From the NCBI GenBank assembly GCA_963765675.1, contig CAVXXK010000004.1:32001-96000 (forward strand): a DNA stretch of 64,000 bases, read 5' to 3'. The notes beneath the pieces were generated by a model. It was given only the letters and a program-made list of their open reading frames with translations. It searched no databases and was not told the DNA's origin. The translations under genes and the position numbers were made by a program. The stretch is from an uncultured delta proteobacterium (GTDB lineage Bacteria > Desulfobacterota > Binatia > Binatales > Binataceae). Within the stretch, counting starts at the first letter, position 1. The number at the start of each line of letters is the position of its first letter. This document shows positions 10,012 through 19,368 of the stretch, in pieces.

Positions 10012-10068
10012 CTATCGCGCCACGGTTACGGTTGATCCGCGGCGACTTGACGCTTAGGTTGGATCGTA

Positions 10069-10335
10069 ATGGAAATTGATTCTCAACCGCCCCAGAACAA
10101 GCCCGAGGTCAGGATCGATAAGCTCGATCATGAGCGCCTGCCGCCCGGCAATTTCCTGAAAGAAGTCGCGCGCGGCGTCGGTGTCCTGTTGGGACTCGGG
10201 CTCCTGTGGGGCCTTGAGATCGTGCGCAACGCCTACTTCAAGGTGCTCGATCGGGCGGGCGTCAAGCCGCGAACCCGGCGCTCAAGCGCGTTTCCGCCGG
10301 GCCAGCCGAAGAAGCACACGGTGATTCAGTCCTGA
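10069..10335 (+). CDS. Small single-TM hypothetical protein
   Basis: 88-aa ORF with hydrophobic GVGVLLGLGLLWGL; host-like codon usage; fills the intergenic gap. Confidence 0.65.
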   Translation: MEIDSQPPQNKPEVRIDKLDHERLPPGNFLKEVARGVGVLLGLGLLWGLEIVRNAYFKVLDRAGVKPRTRRSSAFPPGQPKKHTVIQS

Positions 10336-10385
10336 GCTTTGAGCGAACTGTTCCCGATTTTTTCCAATTTCAATTGAGTTAGCCG

Positions 10386-12794
10386 TCAGCCGCGATCGCG
10401 TCTGCGCGCAGCCCGCAGTCCTGACCCGGCGGTGGAAGGAGACGGGACTTCCGCTCTAACCTCGTCGCCTGTGTCGAGATTTTCATCCAACAGACGCGCG
10501 AGGTAGCGCGCGAGCTTGTCGTCGAGCACGCGGGCGAGAGCGTCGGTTTGCGCGGCCTGGATAATCTTGAGGAGCCCGTCGAGGCGATGCGCCCGGTCGT
10601 GCTCCCGAATCAGCCGGGCGATCGCGCTTTGAGACAGAGCAGCGAGCTTCGCGTGAAGAGCACGGTCCAGGCGCTCGACCAGATCCTCCAACTCGGCACG
10701 CGGCGACAAGGTTCCGAGCAGATAGCCGCATCCTGCGCATCGCGGCGTGACCTCGAGGTGCTGCGGCGCGTCGCGGTCGCATCGGTTCACGCGGCGCAGG
10801 AGCGCCGCGGTCCGCATCGCGAAGCTGGGCCCCAGTGCGGGACCAAGCGCGCCGATCACGTCGAGCTTCACCAGCGCCTCCAGGCGCCGGCGCGCGTCCT
10901 CGGCGGTCAGCGCGTCGCGCTCCATCGCGGCTTTCCAGGCGCCGTGAAACGCGCGGTAGAGCTGAACGTAGGTCCACCTGAATTTCTGAAAGCGCGCCTC
11001 GAGCGCGTCGAGTCCACGCGGGGCGCCACCGAGCATCCGCGGAGCGAGTTCGGCGAGCAGCAGGTGGCATTCGGTTTCGAGCGCGGTGATACGCGGATCA
11101 TGCGCGGGCTCTTCTTCTGCGGGGATCCGCAAGCCCGTCGCCTCCACGAACTCGCGCATCACGCGCATTCGCGGCAAAATCTCGGCCGTGGCTTCTAGCC
11201 GTTCGTATGAGGATACGATCTGCAGCGCCGCTTCGCTCCGCGCGGGATCGGCGCCGATATCGATCAGGCTCTCAGCGCCGCCCGCTGCCAGCGCGGCGTA
11301 ATCGTCGAGAGTCTTGATCTGTTCGGCGGGAATCGCGAGCTTTGCTTCCGCGAAAGCGGCGGCAAGCGTCTCCCGCGTGCGGGCCGCCGCCTCAACCGAG
11401 CAGGCAAGAGCTTCGCCAAGCGAGGCGATTTCCGTGCGCACCGACACCGCGTCATGCGTAAGCTCGAGCGACGGATCGAAGCGGCGGGCGAGCGCGATCG
11501 CCGCGTTGAAGCGGATAGCCTCAGGCACGAGCGCAGCGGCGGGATCGAACACGATCGCGCCGGACTGGTCCGCGTGAATCACGCGCGCGGTGCGGCCCTC
11601 GAGACGGCGGCAAATATCCGCGAGCACGGTCCCGGATACGCCCGCCCCGGCCGCGAGCATCGGCACGCGAGCTTCGAGGTCTGCGAGCCGCAGCGGTATT
11701 GTGCCGCCGAGCGCGGATTCGACGACAATCGCGCGCACGATTTCACGCGCAAGCAGCCGCTCGTTGCCATGAAACGCCGCGAGCGCGCCAGTCGCCGTCA
11801 CCAGTGCAGCGCGGCCCGCGTCGCCCAGGCGAGCCTCCACCCGGCGTTTGATCGCGGCGTTTTCCATCAGATCGGCACAGTAGAGAAGACGCGGATGCGC
11901 GGCGCCGCCGCCCTCAAGCTCCGAGGCGATCGCCTCGCGCGCAAGGCGCGTCGCAATACCGACGGTTCCGGGAGGCTCGGCGAGCGCACCCAACGCGCGA
12001 ACCGTCAGCGGATGAAACGGAAAAATCGCGAGCGGATCAAGACCCAGCAGATCAACGCCGGCGTAGAGCTCGTGAATCAACTCCGCAACGTCTTCTCCGA
12101 CGGCGCGGGAGCGCGCGATTGCGACTCGCATCAGCTCGTCGCGATTCTCCGGCATCACCGCAAGACCGATCGCTCCGTCGGGCGCGGGAGCGCGGCTCGC
12201 GCCGATTATCGTCAACCGCACGATCGAGCAGGTACGCGCAAGATTCGCGAGCGCGCGAAAGTATGCTGCGCCCGCCTCGGCGTCCGAAGCGCTGAAATCG
12301 ATCGCGATTGTTATCGCGCGCACACCCGTGCGCCGCGCAAGTTCCATCGCCAGCGAGACCGCGTCCGCACCGCCAAGCTCGCGCCATAGCGCCAGGGTTT
12401 CGCGTTCGGCGCCAATCTGCTCGGCCAGCGTATCCAGCAGATATCCTTCGATCTCGCTGCCAAGAATCCGGCCCGCCAACTCGAAGCCGCAAACCAGATG
12501 GCGTCCCGGCTCGGGCACGGGAGTTGCCGCGCGGCTCTCGAGCGCGAGCACATAATTCAGGAAGTGGGTTTTGCCACAACCCGTCGGACCGATGATCCAG
12601 AACATCGCACCGTGCGGGCCGGCGATCGCACGATTGATAATCTCCCACGAGCGCTGCGCCGCGCGCGTCATCACGAACGACGCGACGGCATGCTCGCGCG
12701 GCGCGAGTTCGAGTTCGGCGCGCTCTGATGCCGCCGGTTCGAGCGCGATGGCCTCTCGATCCTCGGCATGGCGCATCCCCCTTTGATTTGCCAT
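10386..12794 (-). CDS. Large P-loop ATPase, BrxC/PglY/DUF6079-like
   Basis: Walker A GPTGCGKTH, IFPFHP motif, long helical region, C-terminal C...CAGC putative Zn motif. Family call is from motif memory. Confidence 0.6.
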   Translation of the reverse strand: MANQRGMRHAEDREAIALEPAASERAELELAPREHAVASFVMTRAAQRSWEIINRAIAGPHGAMFWIIGPTGCGKTHFLNYVLALESRAATPVPEPGRHLVCGFELAGRILGSEIEGYLLDTLAEQIGAERETLALWRELGGADAVSLAMELARRTGVRAITIAIDFSASDAEAGAAYFRALANLARTCSIVRLTIIGASRAPAPDGAIGLAVMPENRDELMRVAIARSRAVGEDVAELIHELYAGVDLLGLDPLAIFPFHPLTVRALGALAEPPGTVGIATRLAREAIASELEGGGAAHPRLLYCADLMENAAIKRRVEARLGDAGRAALVTATGALAAFHGNERLLAREIVRAIVVESALGGTIPLRLADLEARVPMLAAGAGVSGTVLADICRRLEGRTARVIHADQSGAIVFDPAAALVPEAIRFNAAIALARRFDPSLELTHDAVSVRTEIASLGEALACSVEAAARTRETLAAAFAEAKLAIPAEQIKTLDDYAALAAGGAESLIDIGADPARSEAALQIVSSYERLEATAEILPRMRVMREFVEATGLRIPAEEEPAHDPRITALETECHLLLAELAPRMLGGAPRGLDALEARFQKFRWTYVQLYRAFHGAWKAAMERDALTAEDARRRLEALVKLDVIGALGPALGPSFAMRTAALLRRVNRCDRDAPQHLEVTPRCAGCGYLLGTLSPRAELEDLVERLDRALHAKLAALSQSAIARLIREHDRAHRLDGLLKIIQAAQTDALARVLDDKLARYLARLLDENLDTGDEVRAEVPSPSTAGSGLRAARRRDRG

Positions 12795-12997
12795 GCTTCC
12801 TATTTACATGAATGTCGGTGCTGAGACTACAAATTCACAGAGAGCCAAGTTTGGTGACAGCAAGCTATAATCATCACCACGCGGAATTCCTGCGCCGCGG
12901 CATTTCGCGTCTGGGGCCGGTATTGACGAACTACAATGAAAGCAGGCGCGTTGAGAACGATTAATCGAAACAATGACAAACGAAGCCGCGTCGCGGT

Positions 12998-14197
12998 TCA
13001 GATCACTCCGGCGGCGCGCAACTGCGCTATCTCCTGAGCACTTATCCCTATCGACTCAAGGACTTCCACCGTGTGCTCCCCAAGCTGTGGCGGACGGCGC
13101 AGAGTGTCGCTTTTAGGCTGAGGAGCGTCGGAGAGTTTCACCGGCGACCCGGAGACACGAATCGCGCCGCGAGTGGGATAGTTGCTATCGACCAGCATCC
13201 CGCGCATCGCTGTTTCAGGATCGGCGATCACTTCCTCGACGTTGCGCACGGGAGCGCAGGGCACGCCCGTTTCGATGAGAGTCGTGATCAACGCGTCGCG
13301 TTCATGCTTCGCGGTCCATCCCGCGACCAGAGCATCGACCTCGTCGGCGATTCGCAGACGGGTAGCATGGTTTGCATAGCGCGGATCGGCGAGAAGATCT
13401 TCGCGCTCCATCAGCTTCGCGATCGTGCGCCAGTGCGCCTCGGTCAGGCAGAAGATCAAAATCTCGCTGTCGCTGGTGGGATAGATATTTGTCGGACACG
13501 CGCCCCAATGACGATTGCCCAGACGCTTGAACTTCATCCCCTGCAACGCGGGTGCGGTGGCACTGGTCAACGCGGGGATCGCGACGTCGAGCATGGCAAC
13601 TTCGACCTTCTGCCCGCGTCCGGTTTTGCCGCGCTGAATCAATGCGGCGAGAATTCCGCTCACCAGGTGGCTGCCGGTGCCCATGTCAATAAAAGTCGCC
13701 GAGGTTTTGACCTTCGCATCGGGAAATCCGGTGACGCTGATAAAGCCCGACGAAGCCTGGATCGTATTGTCCATCGAGCCGAGCTTGGCCCATCGGCTGT
13801 CCGAGCCGTAACCTTTTCCCGAAGCATAAATCAGACGCGGACAACGATCCTTGATTTGCTCATACGCGAGACCGAACGACGCCATCACGCCGTCGAGAAA
13901 ATTTTCGACCAGCACGTCGGCATCTTCCAGTAACTCGAGCGCGATCTCCTGCGCGCGCTTTTTCTTGAGATTTAGCGTGACGGATTTTTTCTGCGCATTG
14001 AGCATCAGGAATGAGTAGCCGACACCGCCGGGAGAATCGGGGCGGCGCAGAACCTCGCCGGTCACAGGCGGCTCGATCTTGATCACCTCGGCACCGAGGT
14101 AAGCCAGCTGCATCGTGCAGTACGGCGCGGCGTAAACCTGGCCGAAATCGATCACGCGAATTCCGTCGAGCGGAAGAGTCTTGTCCCTAGCTGCCAT
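12998..14197 (-). CDS. Class III CoA-transferase (CaiB/BaiF)
   Basis: PLDGIRVIDF, LGAEVIKIE, KKSVTLNLK, ADVLVENF and PPQLGEHT motifs. Start reset to ATG 14197. Confidence 0.92.
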   Translation of the reverse strand: MAARDKTLPLDGIRVIDFGQVYAAPYCTMQLAYLGAEVIKIEPPVTGEVLRRPDSPGGVGYSFLMLNAQKKSVTLNLKKKRAQEIALELLEDADVLVENFLDGVMASFGLAYEQIKDRCPRLIYASGKGYGSDSRWAKLGSMDNTIQASSGFISVTGFPDAKVKTSATFIDMGTGSHLVSGILAALIQRGKTGRGQKVEVAMLDVAIPALTSATAPALQGMKFKRLGNRHWGACPTNIYPTSDSEILIFCLTEAHWRTIAKLMEREDLLADPRYANHATRLRIADEVDALVAGWTAKHERDALITTLIETGVPCAPVRNVEEVIADPETAMRGMLVDSNYPTRGAIRVSGSPVKLSDAPQPKSDTLRRPPQLGEHTVEVLESIGISAQEIAQLRAAGVI

Positions 14198-14208
14198 TTG
14201 AATACGTC

Positions 14209-15366
14209 CTAGCGGAGCAGCGTGCGCGCGATGACCATCCGATGGACCTCGGACGGACCTTCGCCGATACGCCGGATGCGCGCCTCGCGGTACCATCGTT
14301 CGAGCGGAAATTCCTTGCTCACGCCGTAGCCGCCGTGAATCTGCACCGCGCGATCGATCACGCGGCCCAGCACTTCGCTCGAATAGAGTTTCGCGATCGA
14401 GGCCTCGGTGCGGAAATCCTCGCCGCGGACGGCTTTCCACGCGCCGTCCCACGTGAGCCACCGTGCCGCGCGCAGCTCGACCTCCGAATCTGCGAGCATC
14501 CACTGAATCGCCTGCCGCTTCGAGAGCAATTCGCCGAAGGTACTGCGAGTTTTGGAATGCTCGATCGCCATCTTCAGCGCTGCCACACCGACGCCGACGT
14601 TACACGCCGAGTATGGAAAGCGCAGGCGCGTCAGAAGATCGAGCGCGAGGTTGAGTCCCTGCCCCTCCTCGCCTAGCCGCTGCTCGACGGGCACCACGCA
14701 ATCCTCGAACGAGACTTCATTAGGAACGGCGGAGGTGCGCAGCGTACGGATCGGGCGCGCCGTGAATCCGGGCTGGCCCTTCTTGATAATGAACGCGGTG
14801 ATTCCGGCGCGTCCGGCCTTGGGATCGGTGCGGGTGAAGACGACGCCCCACTCCGCTTCATGCGCATGAGAAATAAAAATCTTGGTGCCGTTGATGACGT
14901 AGGTATCGCCCTTGCGCACCGCGCGGCATTGGATCGCGCCGGCGGGGTCGGAGCCGCCGGAAGGTTCGGTGACCGCGAAGAAGGTGTACCACGCGTTCTT
15001 GATCGTTCCAGCGGCGTATTTCTGGAGTTGATCTTTATTGCCCGCCCAGATGACCGGCGGCGGCGTGCGCCCGAACACTCCCGCGCCCGGATTGTAGAGT
15101 CCCATGCGATGCTGCGCCATCTCCTCGGTCAGCACGCACATCTCGAAGGTGTTGAGTCCCTGGCCGCCGTATTCCTTGGGCGCGCCCATGCACCACATTC
15201 CGGCGGCTTGGACCTTCTTTGCGATCCGCCAGTAATCGTCTTCGGGAATTTCGGGCGCGTCAGGATCGCACTTGGCCTCGATCGGGATAATCTCGTCGCG
15301 GACGATCCGGCGGACCTGGTCGCGCAGAGCTGCAAGCTCTTCGGGAATTTGATAGCCACTGTCCAT
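14209..15366 (-). CDS. Acyl-CoA dehydrogenase
   Basis: TEPSGGSD, INGTKIFIS, AVQIHGGYG and RIGEGPSEVH motifs. Start ATG 15366 in a TGATG overlap with the upstream gene. Confidence 0.93.
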   Translation of the reverse strand: MDSGYQIPEELAALRDQVRRIVRDEIIPIEAKCDPDAPEIPEDDYWRIAKKVQAAGMWCMGAPKEYGGQGLNTFEMCVLTEEMAQHRMGLYNPGAGVFGRTPPPVIWAGNKDQLQKYAAGTIKNAWYTFFAVTEPSGGSDPAGAIQCRAVRKGDTYVINGTKIFISHAHEAEWGVVFTRTDPKAGRAGITAFIIKKGQPGFTARPIRTLRTSAVPNEVSFEDCVVPVEQRLGEEGQGLNLALDLLTRLRFPYSACNVGVGVAALKMAIEHSKTRSTFGELLSKRQAIQWMLADSEVELRAARWLTWDGAWKAVRGEDFRTEASIAKLYSSEVLGRVIDRAVQIHGGYGVSKEFPLERWYREARIRRIGEGPSEVHRMVIARTLLR

Positions 15367-17276
15367 CAGAAGATCTCCTCGTGCGCGCGCGCCCTTTCCT
15401 CGAGTCCGCGTTTCAATCCGGCGATCCACAGCTTGCGAATCCATTCGAGGTCGTACGCGCCCCAGGTTCCTTTGATCTCGAGATCGATTTCGCGGACGTG
15501 CTGTACCGCGTCGACGATTTGCGCGATCGCCGCGTCGCCCATTCGAGCACGTTCGCCACCGGTCATTTGCTTTGCCTCAAGATAGACCGACAGGCCGTCG
15601 AGCACCTCTGCGCTATAGGTCCAAAGTTGCTGCTCCGCGCGGGCCAGCGGGTTCCCTCCCAAGCGAGAGATCGATTCGGCCGCGGCGATCGCATCCTGAA
15701 ACGCGCGCGCGGCACTTTTCAGCTCACCGCGTTTGCGCCGGCCCTTTTCGGCGGACATCTGCAGGCTCATCACATCAGCAAAATCGAGCGACAGGAGCGA
15801 AGCGCGCTCGACCGCGCGATAGGCAGCGTCGAGCTCGGGGGCGCATCGCGGATGCCGTCCGAGTGCAGTGTCAGAAATCGCGGCGGCGGGCTCGAAAGCG
15901 ACATCGCGGGCGCATCGCACAAACGTCTCAAGATTGACCGGATAGGCGAGCGCGCTGAACGCGCCGAAGGTCAGGCACGAGATGCTGGTGATTCCAAGAG
16001 CATGATAGGCGCGCAGATCGCGTGCGACGACGCCCGGAGTCGCAAACGCGAGTCCGCCGAACAATATCGCGTCGGCATAATACTCGAAGACATGTGCGCG
16101 GCCGTCGAAGATTTCGAGATAGCGCTTGAGGGAATCGAAAAGCGGCGGGTTGATCTCGCAAGCGGGATCGTCGATCGCGTGCGAGTAGCACCTTTCGCGC
16201 GGCGCCCATTCGAACCATACGTTAGAAAGAGGACGCAGTCCCGGATGCGGCTCAAGCGTGTCGTGATACGCAAGATACGCAACCGGCGGAGCGACGGCGC
16301 CGCGTTCGGCAAGCGACTCGGCGACAGCGTTGACGACATCCATATACTGCAACTGCGGTGCCAGTTCGCGGCAACTGCCGCATCGGCACCACGCACCCTT
16401 CGACACGTCGGCGCCCCAGATGTGCAGGAGCTCGTTCTCCGGATAATCGCCCACGTACTTGAGCGCGCCTTCGCGCACCAGTTCCAGCGCGGCGGGATTC
16501 GACACGCACAGATTGCCGCGCGCCATCCTGGAGCCGTCGTCGCCCGCCGGAAACATCGCAGGGTCGCTCTGGAAGCGCTCGCGCGGGAGCAGAATCTGCA
16601 GGACGTGCCCGCCGTACTCTTGCGATATTCCGTAAGCCTCGAACAGGGGCTGGATTTCGTCAATTTTGAGCCGAGTGTCGTGCGCGTGCCTGATGTATGA
16701 AAACGCGTTGACCCCGCGCCGGCCCAGCCACGGAATGAATTCGCGGTCGTGACGCAGATGCAGCTCGAGCCGATCGGCGAAGCCGTAGTTCCAGGTCATG
16801 ATGTCGGAAACAAATGCCCGGCGCGAAAACGAAGGCATGACCCGATACGGAGTAATCGCGCGGAGCGCGTCGGCATCGATCCGCGGATACTGCGGGCTCG
16901 CGCCGGGTGCGAAACGCGCGCCGAGATGCTCGAGCATATCGGCGGCCACGTGAATCAGTCCGCGCGTACTGCCCGCGGCGACCGCGATCGCGGAACTATC
17001 CGCACGCGCGATCGCGAACGAGTCTCCCGCAAGCGCTTCGTCCGCGAATGGATCCGCTGGATCGCCGCCACGCGGCGCGTCGAGCTCGATCCGCATCCGG
17101 TTGGAGCCAAGCGCGGCGTTGTGAGCGACGTCCACCGGCCGCGAGAGCATCGCGGCTAACCCGGTCGCGAGTTCGGCGGCCGCAGTCGTGGTGACTCGCG
17201 CCGCGTGAGTATCGAGCGCCGCGCCGGAGACTACGACTCGCGGAAATTGCGTTTTCGATTCTCGATCTGCGCTCAC
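15366..17276 (-). CDS. DUF4838-like protein (glycoside-hydrolase-like barrel with N-terminal alpha/beta domain)
   Basis: DSFAI...GLIH, LCVSNP, WCRCGSC, YLAYHDT, CYSHAIDDP and FEYY pattern typical of DUF4838 proteins. No clear signal peptide. Confidence 0.6.
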   Translation of the reverse strand: MSADRESKTQFPRVVVSGAALDTHAARVTTTAAAELATGLAAMLSRPVDVAHNAALGSNRMRIELDAPRGGDPADPFADEALAGDSFAIARADSSAIAVAAGSTRGLIHVAADMLEHLGARFAPGASPQYPRIDADALRAITPYRVMPSFSRRAFVSDIMTWNYGFADRLELHLRHDREFIPWLGRRGVNAFSYIRHAHDTRLKIDEIQPLFEAYGISQEYGGHVLQILLPRERFQSDPAMFPAGDDGSRMARGNLCVSNPAALELVREGALKYVGDYPENELLHIWGADVSKGAWCRCGSCRELAPQLQYMDVVNAVAESLAERGAVAPPVAYLAYHDTLEPHPGLRPLSNVWFEWAPRERCYSHAIDDPACEINPPLFDSLKRYLEIFDGRAHVFEYYADAILFGGLAFATPGVVARDLRAYHALGITSISCLTFGAFSALAYPVNLETFVRCARDVAFEPAAAISDTALGRHPRCAPELDAAYRAVERASLLSLDFADVMSLQMSAEKGRRKRGELKSAARAFQDAIAAAESISRLGGNPLARAEQQLWTYSAEVLDGLSVYLEAKQMTGGERARMGDAAIAQIVDAVQHVREIDLEIKGTWGAYDLEWIRKLWIAGLKRGLEERARAHEEIF

Positions 17277-17401
17277 ATCGTCACTCCAGATGGCGCGGCC
17301 CGCGATTGTCGCGGGGAATACCGGGGAATGATAACATGAGTAGTTGAATTTAGTATCGACCGATACCGGAGCCTCAAGCCTCGCGCCGAGAGCGCATCCA
17401 G

Positions 17402-18460
17402 ATGCCCAGTCCTAACGAGATTCTCGCCGAACTAAAGAAAGTCAAATATCCTGGCTTCACGCGCGATATCGTGTCGTTCGGAATTATCAAGGATATCGAG
17501 GTCGCATCCGCCGCTGTTACGGTCGTCGTCGCCGCTCCGTCGGCGAAGCCCGAGATCGTGCAGCAGATCACCGACGAGGTGAAGCGCACGATTCGCGCGA
17601 TGCCCGGCGTGCCTGCCGCCATCGAAGTACGGCTCGAGCAACCCGCTCCCGACGCCAAGGCGCGTCCGCAGCATACGATGGCGCGCCGCAGTATCCCGGG
17701 GGTCGCGCATATCGTCGCGGTCGCGAGCGGCAAGGGCGGGGTCGGCAAATCCACGGTCGCGGTGAATCTGGCGCTCGCGATGCGCGCGCTCGGATGGCGC
17801 GTCGGTCTGATGGACGCCGACGTCTACGGACCCTCGATCGCGATGATGGTCGGAGCCGAAAAGGCGGTCACGCTGACGCCGGAACGGCGGATCATTCCGC
17901 TGGAGCGCTTCGGCATCCGCTACGTCTCGATGGCGCTGTTCATCAACGACGAAACCGCCGTGATCTGGCGCGGGCCGATGGTCACGAAACTCGAGACCGA
18001 ATTTCTGTTCAACGTCGAATGGGGCGAGCTCGATTGCCTGGTCCTCGATCTGCCTCCCGGCACCGGCGACGCGCAACTGACGATCACGCAGCGGGTCGAG
18101 CTCGACGGCGGAGTAGTCGTCACGACGCCGCAGGAGATCGCGCTGGTCGACGTGAAGCGCGGGGTCGAGATGTTTCGCGAGGTCAATGTTCCCGTGCTCG
18201 GCGTGGTCGAGAACATGAGCTACTACCTGTGCCGCAAGTGCGGCAAGCGCCACGAGATTTTTTCGCACGGCGGCGGTGCGCGCTACGCGGCCGAGCTGGG
18301 CGTGCCATTCCTGGGCGAGATTCCGATAACCCGCGAGCTGCGCGAAGGCGGAGATACCGCGAGCCCGATCGTCGCGGTGAATCCGGGCCACGCGGTCAGC
18401 GGCGCGTTCAAGGAAATCGCGGCGAAAGTGATCGAGAGCATCGACGCCGCGCGCAACTGA
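17402..18460 (+). CDS. mrp: Mrp/NBP35 Fe-S carrier ATPase (ApbC)
   Basis: N-terminal DUF59, ASGKGGVGKST, DADVYGPS, IWRGPM, DLPPGTGD and CRKC motifs. Confidence 0.95.
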   Translation: MPSPNEILAELKKVKYPGFTRDIVSFGIIKDIEVASAAVTVVVAAPSAKPEIVQQITDEVKRTIRAMPGVPAAIEVRLEQPAPDAKARPQHTMARRSIPGVAHIVAVASGKGGVGKSTVAVNLALAMRALGWRVGLMDADVYGPSIAMMVGAEKAVTLTPERRIIPLERFGIRYVSMALFINDETAVIWRGPMVTKLETEFLFNVEWGELDCLVLDLPPGTGDAQLTITQRVELDGGVVVTTPQEIALVDVKRGVEMFREVNVPVLGVVENMSYYLCRKCGKRHEIFSHGGGARYAAELGVPFLGEIPITRELREGGDTASPIVAVNPGHAVSGAFKEIAAKVIESIDAARN

Positions 18461-18479
18461 CGCGAGCGCGGCGATATCA

Positions 18480-19241
18480 ATGGGCGATTCACCGAAAATC
18501 TCGCTCATCACGATCACGAAAAACGAGCAGACACTCATCGGCCAGTGCCTCGCGAGCGCGTGGTTCTGCACCGAGAAGATCGTCCTCGATTCGTTCTCCG
18601 ACGATCGCACGGTCGAGATCGCGCGCGCAGCGGGCGCTCAGGTCTATCAGCACGAGTTCACCAATTACGTGATGCAGAAGCAGATGGCGCTCGATCGCGC
18701 GACCGGCGACTGGGTCCTGCTGATGGACGCCGACGAGCAGGCCACGCATGACCTGGGCGAGGAGATTCTGCGGACGATCGCGGCGCCCTCGGCGAAAGAC
18801 GGCTACCGCATCCAGCGGATTTTGTATCATCTCGATCACTATTATCCGCACGGAATTTATCCCGATACTCCCGTACGGCTCTTCCGGCGCGCGCGCGGGC
18901 ATATCGACGGGCGCGACCCGCACGACAAAGTGGTGGTCGAAGGAGAGGTCGGCAAGCTCGCCGCGCCGATCCTGCATTTCAGCTATCGTGACGTTGCCGA
19001 TCACGTCGCGACGATCAACCGCTTCAGCACCCGCGCCGCGCTGGAGCATCAGCCGAACGCGTTCACGCCGATCAAGATGATCGCGAATCCGATCTGGCGC
19101 TTTTTCAATTTCTACATCCTACGGGGCGGTTTCCGCGACGGCGGCCGCGGCCTCTACGCCGCGATGACGGCGGCGTTCTATGTATTCCTCAAGTACGCAA
19201 AAATGTACGAGCGCCGAATCCACGACAGCCACCCTCGGTGA
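18480..19241 (+). CDS. Glycosyltransferase family 2 (LPS core beta-glucosyltransferase-like)
   Basis: ITKNE, LDSFSDDRT, DWVLLMDADE, HDKV, LHFSY and FYVFLKYAK motifs. Confidence 0.88.
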   Translation: MGDSPKISLITITKNEQTLIGQCLASAWFCTEKIVLDSFSDDRTVEIARAAGAQVYQHEFTNYVMQKQMALDRATGDWVLLMDADEQATHDLGEEILRTIAAPSAKDGYRIQRILYHLDHYYPHGIYPDTPVRLFRRARGHIDGRDPHDKVVVEGEVGKLAAPILHFSYRDVADHVATINRFSTRAALEHQPNAFTPIKMIANPIWRFFNFYILRGGFRDGGRGLYAAMTAAFYVFLKYAKMYERRIHDSHPR

Positions 19242-19368
19242 AATGCGCCCGTGCCGCGCGGGTGAGCGTGCGGCTGTGCGACCGCGCACCACAATTTTGC
19301 GATGACCGGAACCGGCGACCACGGTCACTTCTCTCGGGCCGCAATCCTGATAAGTTAGGCACGGCTCC

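Noticed and set aside
12840-12990. Plus-strand TATAAT suggesting a small or antisense RNA
   Set aside because: No credible -35, terminator or consistent structure.
17339-17365. IscR-like site upstream of mrp (GTAGTTGAATTTAGTATCGACC)
   Set aside because: Only one half-site matches and the spacing is one base short of the isc operators.
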